Assembly: GCA_964016885.1 (NCBI GenBank)
Contig: OZ024757.1
Location: 29,884,001 to 29,948,000, forward strand
DNA: 64,000 nt
Source of the DNA: Eledone cirrhosa
Taxonomy: Eukaryota
Direction of reading: 5' to 3'
Of this stretch, positions 32,066-49,034 are shown in pieces. The notes under the pieces were generated by a model. That model saw only the letters and a program-made list of their open reading frames with translations. It searched no databases and was not told the origin of the DNA. Both the position numbers and the translations under genes were made by a program. Numbering within the stretch: position 1 is the stretch's first letter; each line of letters opens with the position of its first letter.

Positions 32066-32488
32066 TATTGTTATACTTTGGGAGGGTCATGTTGCCAATA
32101 AGAACACAAACATACACAGACACCCGGATGTGGCGCATGCGCAAACTGAGCACGCAACCCACACACAAACAAAATGGCGTAGGATAGAAGAAAGGAAAGG
32201 CACAGAAACGAAGAAAGAAATCCCCAGTCACTGAAGAGGTCACAGAGTGTGTGACGAAAGAACTATGACTATATATATATAAACAACTATCTGGTTGTGG
32301 AACCAACCAACCAACCAGAAATTTATAAATTTGTAAATTTATAAATATTTAATAAATTAAATTGAAGTGAAAGCAACTGGTGCGTGTGTTTCTTATTGGC
32401 AACATGACCCTCCCAAAGTATAACAATATCGGTTTCAACACACGATTTCAGATAAAGAATCTTGCTAAACAAATTCAGAAACGAAATA
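32066..32488 (+). mobile_element. Family A longest copy, with inverted internal end 32066-32105
   Basis: Flanked by TA-rich microsatellite on both sides. Confidence 0.8.
32226..32270 (+). ncRNA. Minimal type I hammerhead motif (family A)
   Basis: agtca-CTGAAGA-g-gtcaca gagtg tgtgac-GAAA-gaac-TA-tgact. Confidence 0.75.
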
Positions 32489-32680
32489 CATATATATATA
32501 TATACATATACATACCTATATATATATATATACATATATATACATACCTATATATATATATATACATATACATACCTATATATATATATATATACATATA
32601 CATACCTATATATATATATATACATACCTATATATATATATACATATACATACCTATATATATATATACATATACATACC

Positions 32681-32712
<32 letters not shown>

Positions 32713-32764
32713 TATACATATACATACCTACATATACATACCTATATATATGCATATATACATA

Positions 32765-32802
<38 letters not shown>

Positions 32803-32806
<4 letters not shown>

Positions 32807-33109
32807 CAGATTAAGGTTTAAGCAAAGAATCGCTGCTTTCACCCTTAACGGGATCTTCTGAAACTCTTTGGATTTTAGTCTTCAAATTTATTATTATTTA
32901 TATATATATATATATATAACAAAGGAATTGTGGTAAGGAACCAGATGGACCGTAACGCACCAGAGTACTCAATACTTAGGGTAGTAGAGTGGGAAATAGG
33001 AAAATGTATGACACCCGACGGCAGAGCTGAAGCCTTTTCGACGGCTATTTCTGTCCAGAAATAGCCGTCGAAACGGCTTGAGCTCTGCCGCCGGGGTCAT
33101 ACTTTTTCA
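32803..33109. mobile_element. Family D double-ended insert (hammerhead 32815-32865 -) next to a family C fold-back (32918-33109)
   Basis: Identity to other copies in the window. Confidence 0.75.
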
Positions 33110-33144
33110 TATATATATATATATACTTATATATATATACATAC

Positions 33145-33176
<32 letters not shown>

Positions 33177-33180
33177 ATAC

Positions 33181-33219
<39 letters not shown>

Positions 33220-34102
33220 CATACATATATATATATATATATATACATACATATATATATATATATACATACATATATATATATATATACATACATATAT
33301 ATATATTACATACATACGCACATACACAAACAAACAAATATGTGTGTGCGTGTGTGTGTGTGTGTGTATGCTGGGTGTGATTGCTTTTTGGGGGGTTTTA
33401 CAACATGCCTTGTGTATTCTGGGTCTGATGTGGGGACTGAGTTTAGGTTTATGGATTATGTTTGCTAGAAATAGGGAATAGCATTGGGTTGCTGTAGATT
33501 AGTTTGCGTTCAAGTCAAGGCTATTGACGGTTATATATATATATATATATAGTGTTAATAAAAGTCCAAAGAGGGCTCGATAAGGGTTGTATATATATAT
33601 GAGTATATATAAATCCATAGAGAAAATATTTATTATTAGTACAGTTTAGAAGTTTAAACAATACATTTCTGATTCCACCCTGAGCTACCGCTTACCTCGT
33701 CAGTTGTCAATCTGGCTTGCGGTTTCGCACGAATTAATTGAGGGGACCACAATATTTTTATGTCAGCTCGTGCAACAGAAAATAAATAAATATTTATGCT
33801 GGTATGATGCATCGGTGATGATTACAAAACAAAAGAGACGAACAGAAGTTCGAATCAAGGAGCAAGAGAAATTGTGTCCTGCCAGTAACAAGTCGCTAGC
33901 TAAAAGGAATGGTTCACTCTTATGGCAGAAGTGGCAAGCTTCTGCTTGCAGCTTCTACTGTCACTTTACCTGACTTACATGTGTTGGTGTCAACAGCTGT
34001 TCCTATACAAATAAACTCGTGCTTCCTCTCGAGGATTTCCGAGGCAACCAATGTTTATATAATTTAAAGGGTTAAGAAATTTTAAAATTCTCTGCAAATC
34101 AC

Positions 34103-34153
<51 letters not shown>

Positions 34154-34479
34154 GTATGTTTTTATGTATGTATCAATGTATGTATATTCATGTATGTATA
34201 TTCATGTAACTTTACAGTAAGCTACTAAACAATGTTGTTTATACAGTATAATTTATAGGGGTTTTTTAATATGTGATCTTGCAGAAATAATTATCGTCGA
34301 AGCTAGGTTAGCGCAAAAACATTAGAATGGTTTCTGGTTTAACCTCATGGGGTGTATACAATACACTAGTGTTGGTTGGGGGTACATACCAATTGCGTGG
34401 GAGGGGGGTAGGGAGTGTTTCTGATATGTCGTGTATGGCAGGGTATGAGTATGTGTAGGGCATGTGTAGTGTGTAGTAT

Positions 34480-38162
<3,683 letters not shown>

Positions 38163-38334
38163 CACGATAAATTAACGGAGCCATAGACTCTCGCTATTCC
38201 CTGTAAATAATGTGCTCAAAGGAGAAGAAATCCTGAGCTCTTTAAAATACGATATGTTGAAAAGGTAACACACTAGCGAGAGATATACAGTGCGCTATCA
38301 ATAATACAGGGGAAAAAACCACCAATGTATGGCA

Positions 38335-38534
38335 NNNNNNNNNNNNNNNNNNNNNNNNNNNNNNNNNNNNNNNNNNNNNNNNNNNNNNNNNNNNNNNNNN
38401 NNNNNNNNNNNNNNNNNNNNNNNNNNNNNNNNNNNNNNNNNNNNNNNNNNNNNNNNNNNNNNNNNNNNNNNNNNNNNNNNNNNNNNNNNNNNNNNNNNNN
38501 NNNNNNNNNNNNNNNNNNNNNNNNNNNNNNNNNN
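38335..38534. other. Assembly gap (200 N)
   Basis: N run. Confidence 1.
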
Positions 38535-38992
38535 CACATCCAATACATGTAATAAATATGCCAACCTAGCCAATAAAAGCATATTTCATTCCACCAGACA
38601 TACTCTGTTATCTAGCTATTCATAGATATCAGTAAAACATAAAATAAATTATTTCGATGGACGTCAAAATGTCCGCCAAATAAAGAAGAACGAATGGCGT
38701 TCCATGTTTAAAAGATTAACGAATCCATCTGCATTTATAAGAAGCATTCGAAAACCGACCTAATCACTGATATATATATATATATATATATATGCATACA
38801 CACATACATAAAAAAAGTACATCCATACACATGCATATGTGTATGGGCGTATATTTTTATGTATGTATGTATGCATGTTTGTGAGTATCTGTATAAATAT
38901 ATAAGCATAGATATAAATATATAAGCATAGATATAAACATATAAACATATATATATATATATATATATAAAAATGTGTGTTTGTATGCATTT

Positions 38993-39073
38993 ATACAGAG
39001 GGTATCTAAAACATTGTATACACACTGAGCAGAATGCTGCTGAAGTTTGTATACATTTTTGGGACGCCCTATG
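38993..39073. mobile_element. Tc1/mariner-type MITE
   Basis: Imperfect TIRs cagagggtatctaaaacattgtatacac / rc tagggcgtcccaaaaatgtatac; same family as 42189-42293. Confidence 0.6.
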
Positions 39074-39893
39074 TGTATATATATATTTATACGTATATAT
39101 AAAATCAAAAAGTGTGAGCATGTATTTTTGTTAATAGCAACGAAAGTGTCTGCATATATATGTGTGTGTGTCTCCGTGTGTGTATGTATGTATGTACGTG
39201 TGTGTGTATTTGATCTTGTATGTACCTATGTACATCTATGTTTTCATGTATGTGAACGTCTATGTTTCTGGAGAATGTATTGAATGTCAATATAAACAGC
39301 ACACATCGTGACTTTTTTACGCGATGTCGTGCATTGTAGTAGAAGTATCTTTTTTTTTATATATCTAAACGATACGGCATTATATTACGTTTTATGACTA
39401 GAGTTTTACATATATACATATATAAATATATATATACACAAACACGCATACTTACTGACACTCACATATATACACATGCAGATACTTAAACTTATATACA
39501 TATATATGCATATATATACATATATATAGAGAGAGCTACATATCACTACATATATATACATATACATACATATACATACATATCCACACATATATATACA
39601 TATATATATTTATTTATACACACATACATATATACACATATACACGCATACATATATATATATACATACATTTATATATATATACATACATTTATATATA
39701 TATATATATACATACATTTATATATATATATATACATACATTTATATATATATACATACATACATTTATATATATATACATACATTTATATATATATATA
39801 CATACATTTATATATATATATATACATACATTTATATATATATATATACATACATTTATATATATACATACATTTATATATATATATACATAC

Positions 39894-39941
<48 letters not shown>

Positions 39942-40317
39942 TCACATACATACTATATATATATATTCATCTATTTTAATATACACACATAAACACACAC
40001 ACGTGTGCGTGTGAATTCCTCTACGGATAATGATACTAGTTCCAGACATAAATCATTATCACATGACGTGTAGTTTTAACGAACAACAAATATTATTTCC
40101 CGGCATGTTCGTGTCTTGTTGGCATACGAACTTCTATAACGTGGCTACGCTTAGTGCACTCACCACTACACGATAGTCAGTATGGTGGCTCCATCAAGAT
40201 TATAACTAATGATAATAGTAATAGAGTTAAAAGCATATTTAATTAAGAATATTTATTGCTTATGTCTTTCCTACTTTCTACGTCTTTATTACGTATATAT
40301 ATATAATTAGAAACAAT

Positions 40318-40356
<39 letters not shown>

Positions 40357-40359
<3 letters not shown>

Positions 40360-40727
40360 ATTGTTTCTAATTTTGGCACAAGGCCAGCAATTACCCAATG
40401 TATTACTGATACTTTATTTTATCGACCCCCGTAAGGATGAAAGGCAAAGTTAACCTCAGTGGGATTTGAACTCAGATCATAAAGGGACGTAACTCTATGC
40501 TTCAAAGCATGGTGTCCGACTCTCTACCGATACTGTCAATCCACATAGTAATTGTTTCTACTTTAGGCACAAGGCCAGTAATTACCCAGTGCATTACTGG
40601 TACTTTATTTTATCGACCCCGTAAGGATGAAAGGCAAAGTCAACCTCGGCGGGATTTGAACTCAGATCGTAAAGGGACGTAACTATGCTGGAAAGCATGG
40701 CGTCCGACCCTCTACCGATACTGCCAA
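40357..40727 (-). mobile_element. Two tandem SINEs
   Basis: Reverse complement of the SINE consensus. Confidence 0.85.
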
Positions 40728-40905
40728 ATAATAATAAATATGAAGACTAAAATCCGAAGAGGGCTTGATAAGGAGAATATATATATAGCTAAATATATAA
40801 AAAGATATAAATATATAAAATTTATAAACATATAAAAAGAGCCCGTTAAGGGTGAAAGCAGCGATTCTTTGCTTAAACTTTAATCTGTTATTTTAATATA
40901 TATAC

Positions 40906-41117
40906 AAAGGAAAAGAATGACTACACTTGTAGTTCTCAACATTTCTATTTAATTTTATAAGATTTTACAATTTGGTTTTGTAAGATCTACAAAACCAAAT
41001 TGCAAAATCATAATATTATAAAATTAAATAGAATTGTTTAGAACTACAGGTGTAGTCATTCTTTTCCTTTTTTTTAAATATACCCAACTGTATCAAGGAT
41101 TTCACACAATTTCCAAT
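40906..41117 (+). repeat. ~80 bp-arm palindrome with extended right arm, in (TA)n
   Basis: aaaggaaaagaatgactacac...gtgtagtcattcttttccttt, centre ~40984. Confidence 0.8.
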
Positions 41118-41437
41118 ATATATATATATACATATATATATAACAGAGTGTTGTAGTTTGCTTGAAGCATTATTGAATAGGAAATATAAATATAAATATA
41201 GTTATCTTGGCAATTTTAATTTTCTAATGCATTGTATCGTTTTCAAAATTATTTAAATATATATATATATTAGAAAAAACGAGGAAGTTTCGTTTCCATG
41301 TAGAAGAATTTTTATTGCGTATTGGCCTGTTATGTGCGTTTTGCGCAGAGGATTGGCTGAAAGTCACCCGTAGGAATTATGGACCCGACTCCATTATCGA
41401 TCTGCTCTTCCGACTGGACAGGTGATAAAAGAATATA

Positions 41438-41482
<45 letters not shown>

Positions 41483-41487
<5 letters not shown>

Positions 41488-41615
41488 GGGGGGTGCCAAA
41501 AGTCGCGATACATCATAAAAATAATTATGTTTTATAAGAAACAATTTATTCAAAATAAATAAATATGGAAAGTTAAAAATGTTCTATGTATTGCGACTTA
41601 TGGACCACCTTGCAT
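41483..41615. mobile_element. Tc1/mariner-type MITE
   Basis: TIRs gtgccaaaagtcgcgataca / rc ggtccataagtcgcaataca; TA flanks. Confidence 0.55.
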
Positions 41616-41681
41616 ATCCGTATGTGGTTGACGGCCGAGAGAAAGAAATACTCAATACTGAAGTAGAGTTTTAATATTCAT

Positions 41682-41820
41682 TTTTATTAAGACTAAAAAG
41701 TGAGTCTTGTTACTATGGAGATTCGCCTCTTTCTCACAGAGTCATCAGACAACAAAATTACCCTGTGATAAACAGGCGAAATTCCAGTATAACAAGTCTC
41801 ATTTTTTTTAGCGTTAATAA

Positions 41821-41823
<3 letters not shown>
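41682..41823 (-). mobile_element. Decayed inverted pair containing a hammerhead remnant 41707-41752(-)
   Basis: rc ttgt-CTGATGA-ctctgtgagaaagaggc-GAAt-ctccatag-TA-acaa; the other arm retains cctg/cagg and GAAA. Confidence 0.5.
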
Positions 41824-41870
<47 letters not shown>

Positions 41871-42188
41871 TTCTGATAGACTTGTAGAGATGCGGTAGTG
41901 TTGTGGACATTTAAACTTGGCAGAGCCCAACCCCTCTCCAGGGCTGATCACAGTCGTTTTCATCTGTAGGAGCAGAGACAGTATGAGAGATGAAGTGAAA
42001 AAGGAGGAAAAATTGGCCCAAGTACTAGACGGATAACTTCATTATCGACCGTGAAAGTATGAAAGGTAGTTAACCTTGTTGGGGTTTGAACCCAGAGCGG
42101 AAAGATCCAGAACGTATACTGCAAAGCATTCTTGTCGACGTTTTTATTACTCAGCCAAATCGTTGCATATATGTATATGTGTGATTAT

Positions 42189-42293
42189 GTACAGTGTGTC
42201 CCAAAATATGAACACATACTTCAACATCATTCTAATAAATATTGCTTGTACAGATAATCAAAGTGTGTATACATTTTGGAGGACACCCTCTAT
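42189..42293. mobile_element. Tc1/mariner-type MITE
   Basis: TA-cagtgtgtcccaaaat...acattttggaggacaccctc-TA. Confidence 0.6.
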
Positions 42294-43796
42294 ATTGGTT
42301 TCTAATTTAGGCACATGGCTAGAAATTTTAGGGAAAGGTGAAAAGCTGATGATGTCGACGTTCAATACTAGATCGGTACTTTATTTTATCGACCTCGACA
42401 TAACATGTAAAATTGACCTCTGCGTGATTTGAATTCGTGAGGTATATTTTATCGCCTGCTCTAGTGGCTTTGAAAATTCGTGCTGTGTAACGTGTCTTAC
42501 ATGGTGGAAGTCTATTTCTATTTTGTAGTCATTTTATTTTCTTTAAAGGTGGCTGGATGTAATTTGAGAGATAGTTTTGCAGTCACTACTAGAGTGGTGA
42601 ACGACTTCGTAGAAACTACTCACTCTACGAAGCCATGTTGGTATCAATGATGGCGGCAGCATCGTCGCTGGTGGCTGTGTATATTTAATAGCTGCCATCG
42701 TTCAATTTATACATAGCTACAGTAAATATTTGTCAATGTTGTTATATTGTAAATAAAGCGACATTTTAAAGCACAATGTAAACACGATATCCGATTCCGA
42801 TATATTTTATAGATAAACGAAAATATATATCGCGCATGCGCATAAGAAGGTCTCTCTTGGTGTATGCCTGTATATGTTTGTATATGTGAGTGTGTTTGTT
42901 TATATGTATGTATGTGTGCGTGCGTTTGTGTATATGTATGTGTGAGTGAGTGCAGTTGTGAGAATTTGGAATTTAAAATGCTTGAGTGTGTGTGTGTGTG
43001 TCTGTATGTAGATGCATGGGTGTGTTTGTAAATGGCCTCAAGTGTGAATGCGTGTGGGTATCGTAACTATATATATTGTATCTAAGTGTTTTTGACTGCG
43101 TGAGCGTGTATGCATTTGCCTATGCGTGGGTTTGTGTCTCAGCGTGCGTGTGTGTGAGTATATGTGTGTGTCTGTAGGCGTTTCCATGTTTCTCTGTGTG
43201 TGTTCAATCATCAGTGTGCGTATGTGTATTATGGATACGTTTTACGTACATGAATGTATGTATATTAATTTCTGTGCGTGTGTGCATGCATGTGTACGTG
43301 TGCGCGTGTGCGTTTCCGAGCGTGTGTCCGTGTGTGCGTGTGTGTCTGCGTATGCCTGTTTGTTTGTATGTACGTGTGTATGTACATGTGTGTGCGTGTG
43401 TCCGTGCATGTGTGTGTTCACGCGTGTGTGTGTGTGCGTGTGCGTGTATATATATGCGTATGTCTGTGTCCGTTCTTGACAGATTCATTATAGTACCTTG
43501 ACAAATTATTTGGAGAGACCGAAAAGATTCCATTACTGTCCAAGTTGCTGAGACACTAATGGAATCAAAATAGTCGTCATTAACATCAGTATCATCACCT
43601 TCACCATCATCATCATCAACACTGTCATTATCATCAGTGTGTGTGTGTGTGTTTATCCATAGTGGTCAGTGTATGATAATAGCTGGTGTGGGTTGACGCC
43701 CTGACTTTATTTTAGGGGCAATAGTATTGTGTATGTAATGATTTCTCTCTTTTTTTACCCTCTTTTCCCAGTTTCGCTTTTACTCTTCTTTATTTC

Positions 43797-43836
43797 AATC
43801 TTCTGAAGAAAGACTAGCGCCCGAAACTTCAAGGTT
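43797..43836 (+). ncRNA. Decayed minimal hammerhead motif
   Basis: aatctt-CTGAAGA-aagactagcgccc-GAAA-ct-TC-aaggtt; stem II partly lost. Confidence 0.45.
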
Positions 43837-44612
43837 CCTATTCAACTACATCAAGGTTTAAACTAATATATCATCATTGTATTGTATCGCCGTTCTATGT
43901 TCTTTTTCCTTGTTAACTTTGGCACGTAGCACGAGGACTGTCTATCACGTCTTCCGTTCTATCGCATCATATCCCACCATCCTATCCCATGCTATCGCAG
44001 CATCCCCTGTCCGCCCCGAAGAGAATATCAGGAAATATTTGTCTGACGAATGAAGAATATAAATTTTTTATTTAGATTCTATCTTGCTTTTTCGCTTCCT
44101 TTACAGAACATTGGGCAAGTACTTTTCATTGTAGATATATTAAAACGTTGCTTATTATTAACCTAGAAATTTGCATAGAAAGTTTCACAGAAAATCTCTA
44201 GATATTTTGAATACATGAGATATACGGACGCCAGAGGATTGTGAATTAATTATTAGTGTTATAGTAGCAACGATAGATGTTTCATTCTTAACTTTCATTC
44301 AATATCTTTGATTGTTTCATTGTTTCTTATGACTGCACAGACTGGAGGGACTATCGCTTTATTGTTTTCTAATATAATTTGTACAGCGAACTGTGTACAG
44401 TAATTGTAGGATCGTTTGATTAACTGATAGTAGTGTTGCAGTAAAGTGGCCGTCTCACAATATACTATAATTGTTTCGTAGTATTCACGCAAATCCTCAG
44501 ATGTATTTTGTGCGTGAGTACGTTCAGATTATAGTTCTTATTACCATCATCATTATGATCATCAACAACATTAGTCTTATTTATTGTTAATTATAATTGG
44601 TGGTGGTGATGG

Positions 44613-44943
44613 TATGGTCCCGTAACTCCTGATAGAGTCGTAGGGGTACCGTATTGATATACGGCGTTTTCTGGGGCATTTTTTAAGCCTGTCGGAGCCC
44701 AAACCTCTCCAGGCCTGAGTACAGCAGATTTCTTCCAGAGAAGGATAGAAAGTGAGAGAGAGGAAATGAGAAAGAGATATAGAAGAAGAATCGATCCAGT
44801 ACTAGACTGGTATTTTTTTATATCGACCTCAAAAAACTGAAAGGCAAAGTTGACCTTGACAGGATTTGAATTCAGAGAGCCGGAACGAATACCATATATC
44901 ATTCTATCTGACATTGTAAAACGAGTCTGTCAATTCACCGCCT
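44613..44943 (-). mobile_element. Long-tail SINE subfamily, near full length
   Basis: Reverse complement of the 22823-23295 type. Confidence 0.75.
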
Positions 44944-47900
44944 AATTAACTGTAATTGTATGTATGTATGTATGTATGTATGGTACCGTAACTCCTGATA
45001 GTCGTAGGGGCGCCGTATTGACATGCGGCGTTTCTTGGACAATTTAAGCCTGGCGGAGCCCACCCCTCTCCAAGCACATTAATTAACTTTACCTTTCATC
45101 CTTACGGGGTCGATAAAATAAAGTACCAGTAATGTACTGGATAATTGCTGGCCTTGTGCCAAAAGTAGAAATAATTAATTATAATTGACAATAGCTAAAA
45201 AAAAAAGAAACTGATTAATTGTTTCTTCCCCGCCTCCACATATTCTGTAGTTATATACTGTGATCTGTTTTACTGCTTTCTGATGGAGATCCTTTGATTT
45301 TTGGTTTTCTTTGCTGTAATTAGAAATCCTTCAGTCTCAGCTTTTTGTCCAACGCTACTTAGTGAGTTTTGTGAAATTTGTTTGTGTCAAATTCCGCCCT
45401 ATTCAGCTTTTTTTCGGGTATTGGCCCTGTAAGGGTTTTTCTTGCTATCGTTTTAACATGACATTTTGAAGATCTGTTTTCAATTTACATTTTCTCTTCT
45501 TCCACATTTCTTTAGTTTTTTTCCGTTTTCCATTTTTCTTCATAATTATCTATCTGTCAATATCTGTCAAGTCAGCTTCTGTTTTGAATTTATGGTTTCC
45601 TTAAAGACAGAAAAACAATTTTTTTTTTTTTTTTTTACTTTACTCGCGTTTTCTGGCTATTTCTATTAACTTTCCATTATTCTTCATTGGATATTTTTAT
45701 AGTCCTAAAGTAGATGTTTTATATTAGTTTTCTAGTTACACGAACCTTCTACCTCCTTCTGTTCGTGGCTGGTATAATCTTTCAACATTCTAAGTGGTAT
45801 ATTCTAAATGCAGTCATTATATTTTTTTTATTTTCTGTCTAGTCATATTCTTTTAGAACCCAGTTCAGCAATCGATAGGTTATTTATGCCTATTATTTTT
45901 TTTTTGCATTTAGTTCCGTCTTATGTAGTAATCATCAAATCCGTCTAAAGTATTCTTTTTGTATCTTTTCCCTCATTTGTGTGTGTTGAGCTCTGTCATG
46001 TTCATTGATTCCTAAGTGTTTGTATGTCTTTGTTTAATCTATTTCTCTTATCTCAGTTTCTTTAGTGTTATATTAGTGTTTTTAACGAAGTTTTTCTCTC
46101 TTCGCTTTTGCCTAACCGTATTTTTCTAGTCAAAATTTCATGTCTCCTATTATGGTCATTATTATTATTGATGTTGTTGTTGTTTTTGTTGTTACTGCTG
46201 TTATTGTTGTTGTTCTTATACAAGGGTAGCTTATATTATAAACGCTATTGCTTGTGTCGAAATGATTTACAATTTTTCAAAAGAACAAAGCTACAAAAAA
46301 CTTTGATAACATATGATGTATTTTTTTTAAAACACCCGATCAATACCTTCTGCTGAATCCCATAGAATATTTTACATAAATGCAAAATTATATCATGGGT
46401 TAGTGATCACCATTTTCCGCACAATTTAAAACCCGATAAGAAAACACGTGATTTCTAATGAATAGAGCATATTTGAGAGTTGATAAATACAACACAATGC
46501 TTATATATACTGGAATGTTCGATAATACAATGAATTCTATCTATTCCGATATAACTGCTATTCTGCCTGGTTCAAATTCAACTTATTTTCAGCATTCATA
46601 AATTGATATGTAGTCTTGACATTGTCGTTGGCAGAATCGTTAGAGAGGCGGACAAAATACTTTGCGGTATTTCATTTAAAAACATTATATGATCTGTGTT
46701 CAAATCCCACCGAGGTCAAATTTGATTTTCATCCTTCTGGGGTTGATAAATAAACTTCCAGTAAAATACTGGGGTTATATAAGTGAAGACATGTGGCTTA
46801 GTGGTTAGAGAGTTGGATTCACAATCGTGAGGTTGTGAGTTCAATTCTCGGACCGAGTGATGCGTTTTGTCCTTGAGCAAGACACTTTGCCTTTCATCCT
46901 TCTGGGGTTGATAAATTACCAGTCAAATACTTGGGTCGGTATAATCGACTTGACTCTTCTCAGAAATTGCTACCATGTGAGCTACGACGTTTGTGGGGCA
47001 AACTTCAGACGATTCAGCAATTCTCACAGATGACGGTCATGTGAAGTGTGTAACCTTTCTTACGAGATCCATGGCAACATATCCATGCAGTTTGTAGTAA
47101 ATCATTTTACAATAATCACTAATCTCAGAAAAATCCGCACACAGCCATAAGCATATATACGCAGGCACACACAATTTTCGTTAATTTCTTTTAAATGTTT
47201 CTTTGCAAATTTAATAAAGAAAAGTGTACATTTATTGCCTATATATTATATATAAATGTTATATTTTAAATTCAAAATAAAAAAATATACACATTTATGC
47301 AGTCTTGGTTACTTCTAATGTGTATATATTTTGGCTGCTTAGCGCACAACTTAATAAACAACAAAATTAGCAAATATATTAGTCAATTATACACTTCAAA
47401 AGTATGAAATGAGTTAAACAGGATATATGAAACGTGTGTCAAATTTGATAGAAATATTGTGTTTACATTCTCAGTCTTGTTAGATCTCCTTGTCACCCAC
47501 GTGTTTCCGGTTAAATTTGTAATTAAAACCGAATTCGAAACAGCAAGACATTATTTGTCATTTGAAAAAGAAAAAGAAAAAAATTCAGATGAATTCTAGT
47601 ATTATTGTTTATACAGCGATGTCGTTTTTGTTGTTGCTGTTACTATTGTTGTTATACTCATTGTTTGGATAAAAACAAAAGCCATTTTGTGTCAATGATG
47701 TTATTGTTGCAGCTTTTGTTTTTGTCGTTGTTATTGTTGTTTTAGTTGTTGCTGTATTTGTTGTATCTATTGTTATTGTTCTTGTTGTTATTGCTGTATT
47801 TGTTGGAGCTATTGTTGCCCTTAGTGATATTTTATTGATGTATTTGTTGCAGTTACTGTTACACTTGGTGCTATTGTTATTGTTGTTGTCTTTGTTGTAC

Positions 47901-48253
47901 ATCTGTTTCAGTCATAAAAGTACAGACCTCTGGCAAGGTCATCAGCCAAACAACTTTACACGTTGTTCTCCAGCGAAGCTTCCCGTACTTTTACCGTACC
48001 GACCCATTTTTACAAATGAACAGCATTTTCCAACACTCACTTCCTTAATTGTTAGCAATTTTGTTTTAATTAAGCAAATATCTTCCACTGGAGGGCAGTT
48101 CTTTGATAAATAGTGTTGGCATTTAAGGCAGTTGAAACCAGATTAACCCTCTACTTCAATCCGTACAATGGCGGATTAAGCGAGAGGGTTCACCGTGGGC
48201 CTAAATCGGAAACCAATAGTATTATTATTATTATTATTATTATTATCCATTGC

Positions 48254-48952
48254 AGTGGATTTGCAGTATCGGTAGAGAGTCAGACGCCATGATTTGCAGC
48301 ATAGAATTACGGCCCTTTACGGTCAGAATTCAAATCAGACCGAGGTTAACTTTGCCTTTTATCCTTAAGGGGTCGATAAAATAAAGTACTAGTAATGCAG
48401 AGATAATTGCTGGCCTTGTGCCAAAAGTAGAAACAATTATTATTATTATATATGTATATATATATATAGATATATTTATATATATATTAGAAAAGGGAAG
48501 TAAGGATTCTATACAAAACAGCAGATATAGAGAAAAGATGATTATAATAACACATCGAAACCGGTAATTTTTTCATATACTTTATATACATCATAAAAAT
48601 GTTTTTTTTAAAGAATTGTCCCTCTCATTTTTTACCTTTTTAATAGGCCCTTTCCATTCTAAGTTCAAATCCCGCCGAGGTTAACTTTGCCTTTCATCCT
48701 TACGGGGTCGATAAAATAAACTACCAGTAATACACTGGGTAATTGCTGGCCTTGTGCCAAAAGTGGAAACAATTATTTTAAAAGGGCAGGGGGTTGTCAG
48801 TATCAGTAGAAAGTCGGGCGTCATGCTTTCCAGCATAGTTACGTCCCTTTACGGTCTGAGTTCAAATCCCGCCGAGGTTAACTTTGCCTTTCATCCTTAC
48901 GGGGTAGATAAAATAAAGTACCAGTAATATTCTGGGTAATTGCTGGCCTTGT
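48254..48952 (+). mobile_element. Three SINE copies (48254-48440, 48645-48776, 48783-48952)
   Basis: Consensus match; the last copy is truncated at the satellite start. Confidence 0.85.
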
Positions 48953-48973
48953 ATATTTTGGTAAATTTATCTA

Positions 48974-49034
<61 letters not shown>

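Noticed and set aside
47920-47950. Minus-strand CTGATGA with a hairpin
   Set aside because: No GAAA/UH arm follows
48525-48570. gatg/catc-GAAACCGGTA hammerhead 3' half
   Set aside because: Core and stem I are degenerate
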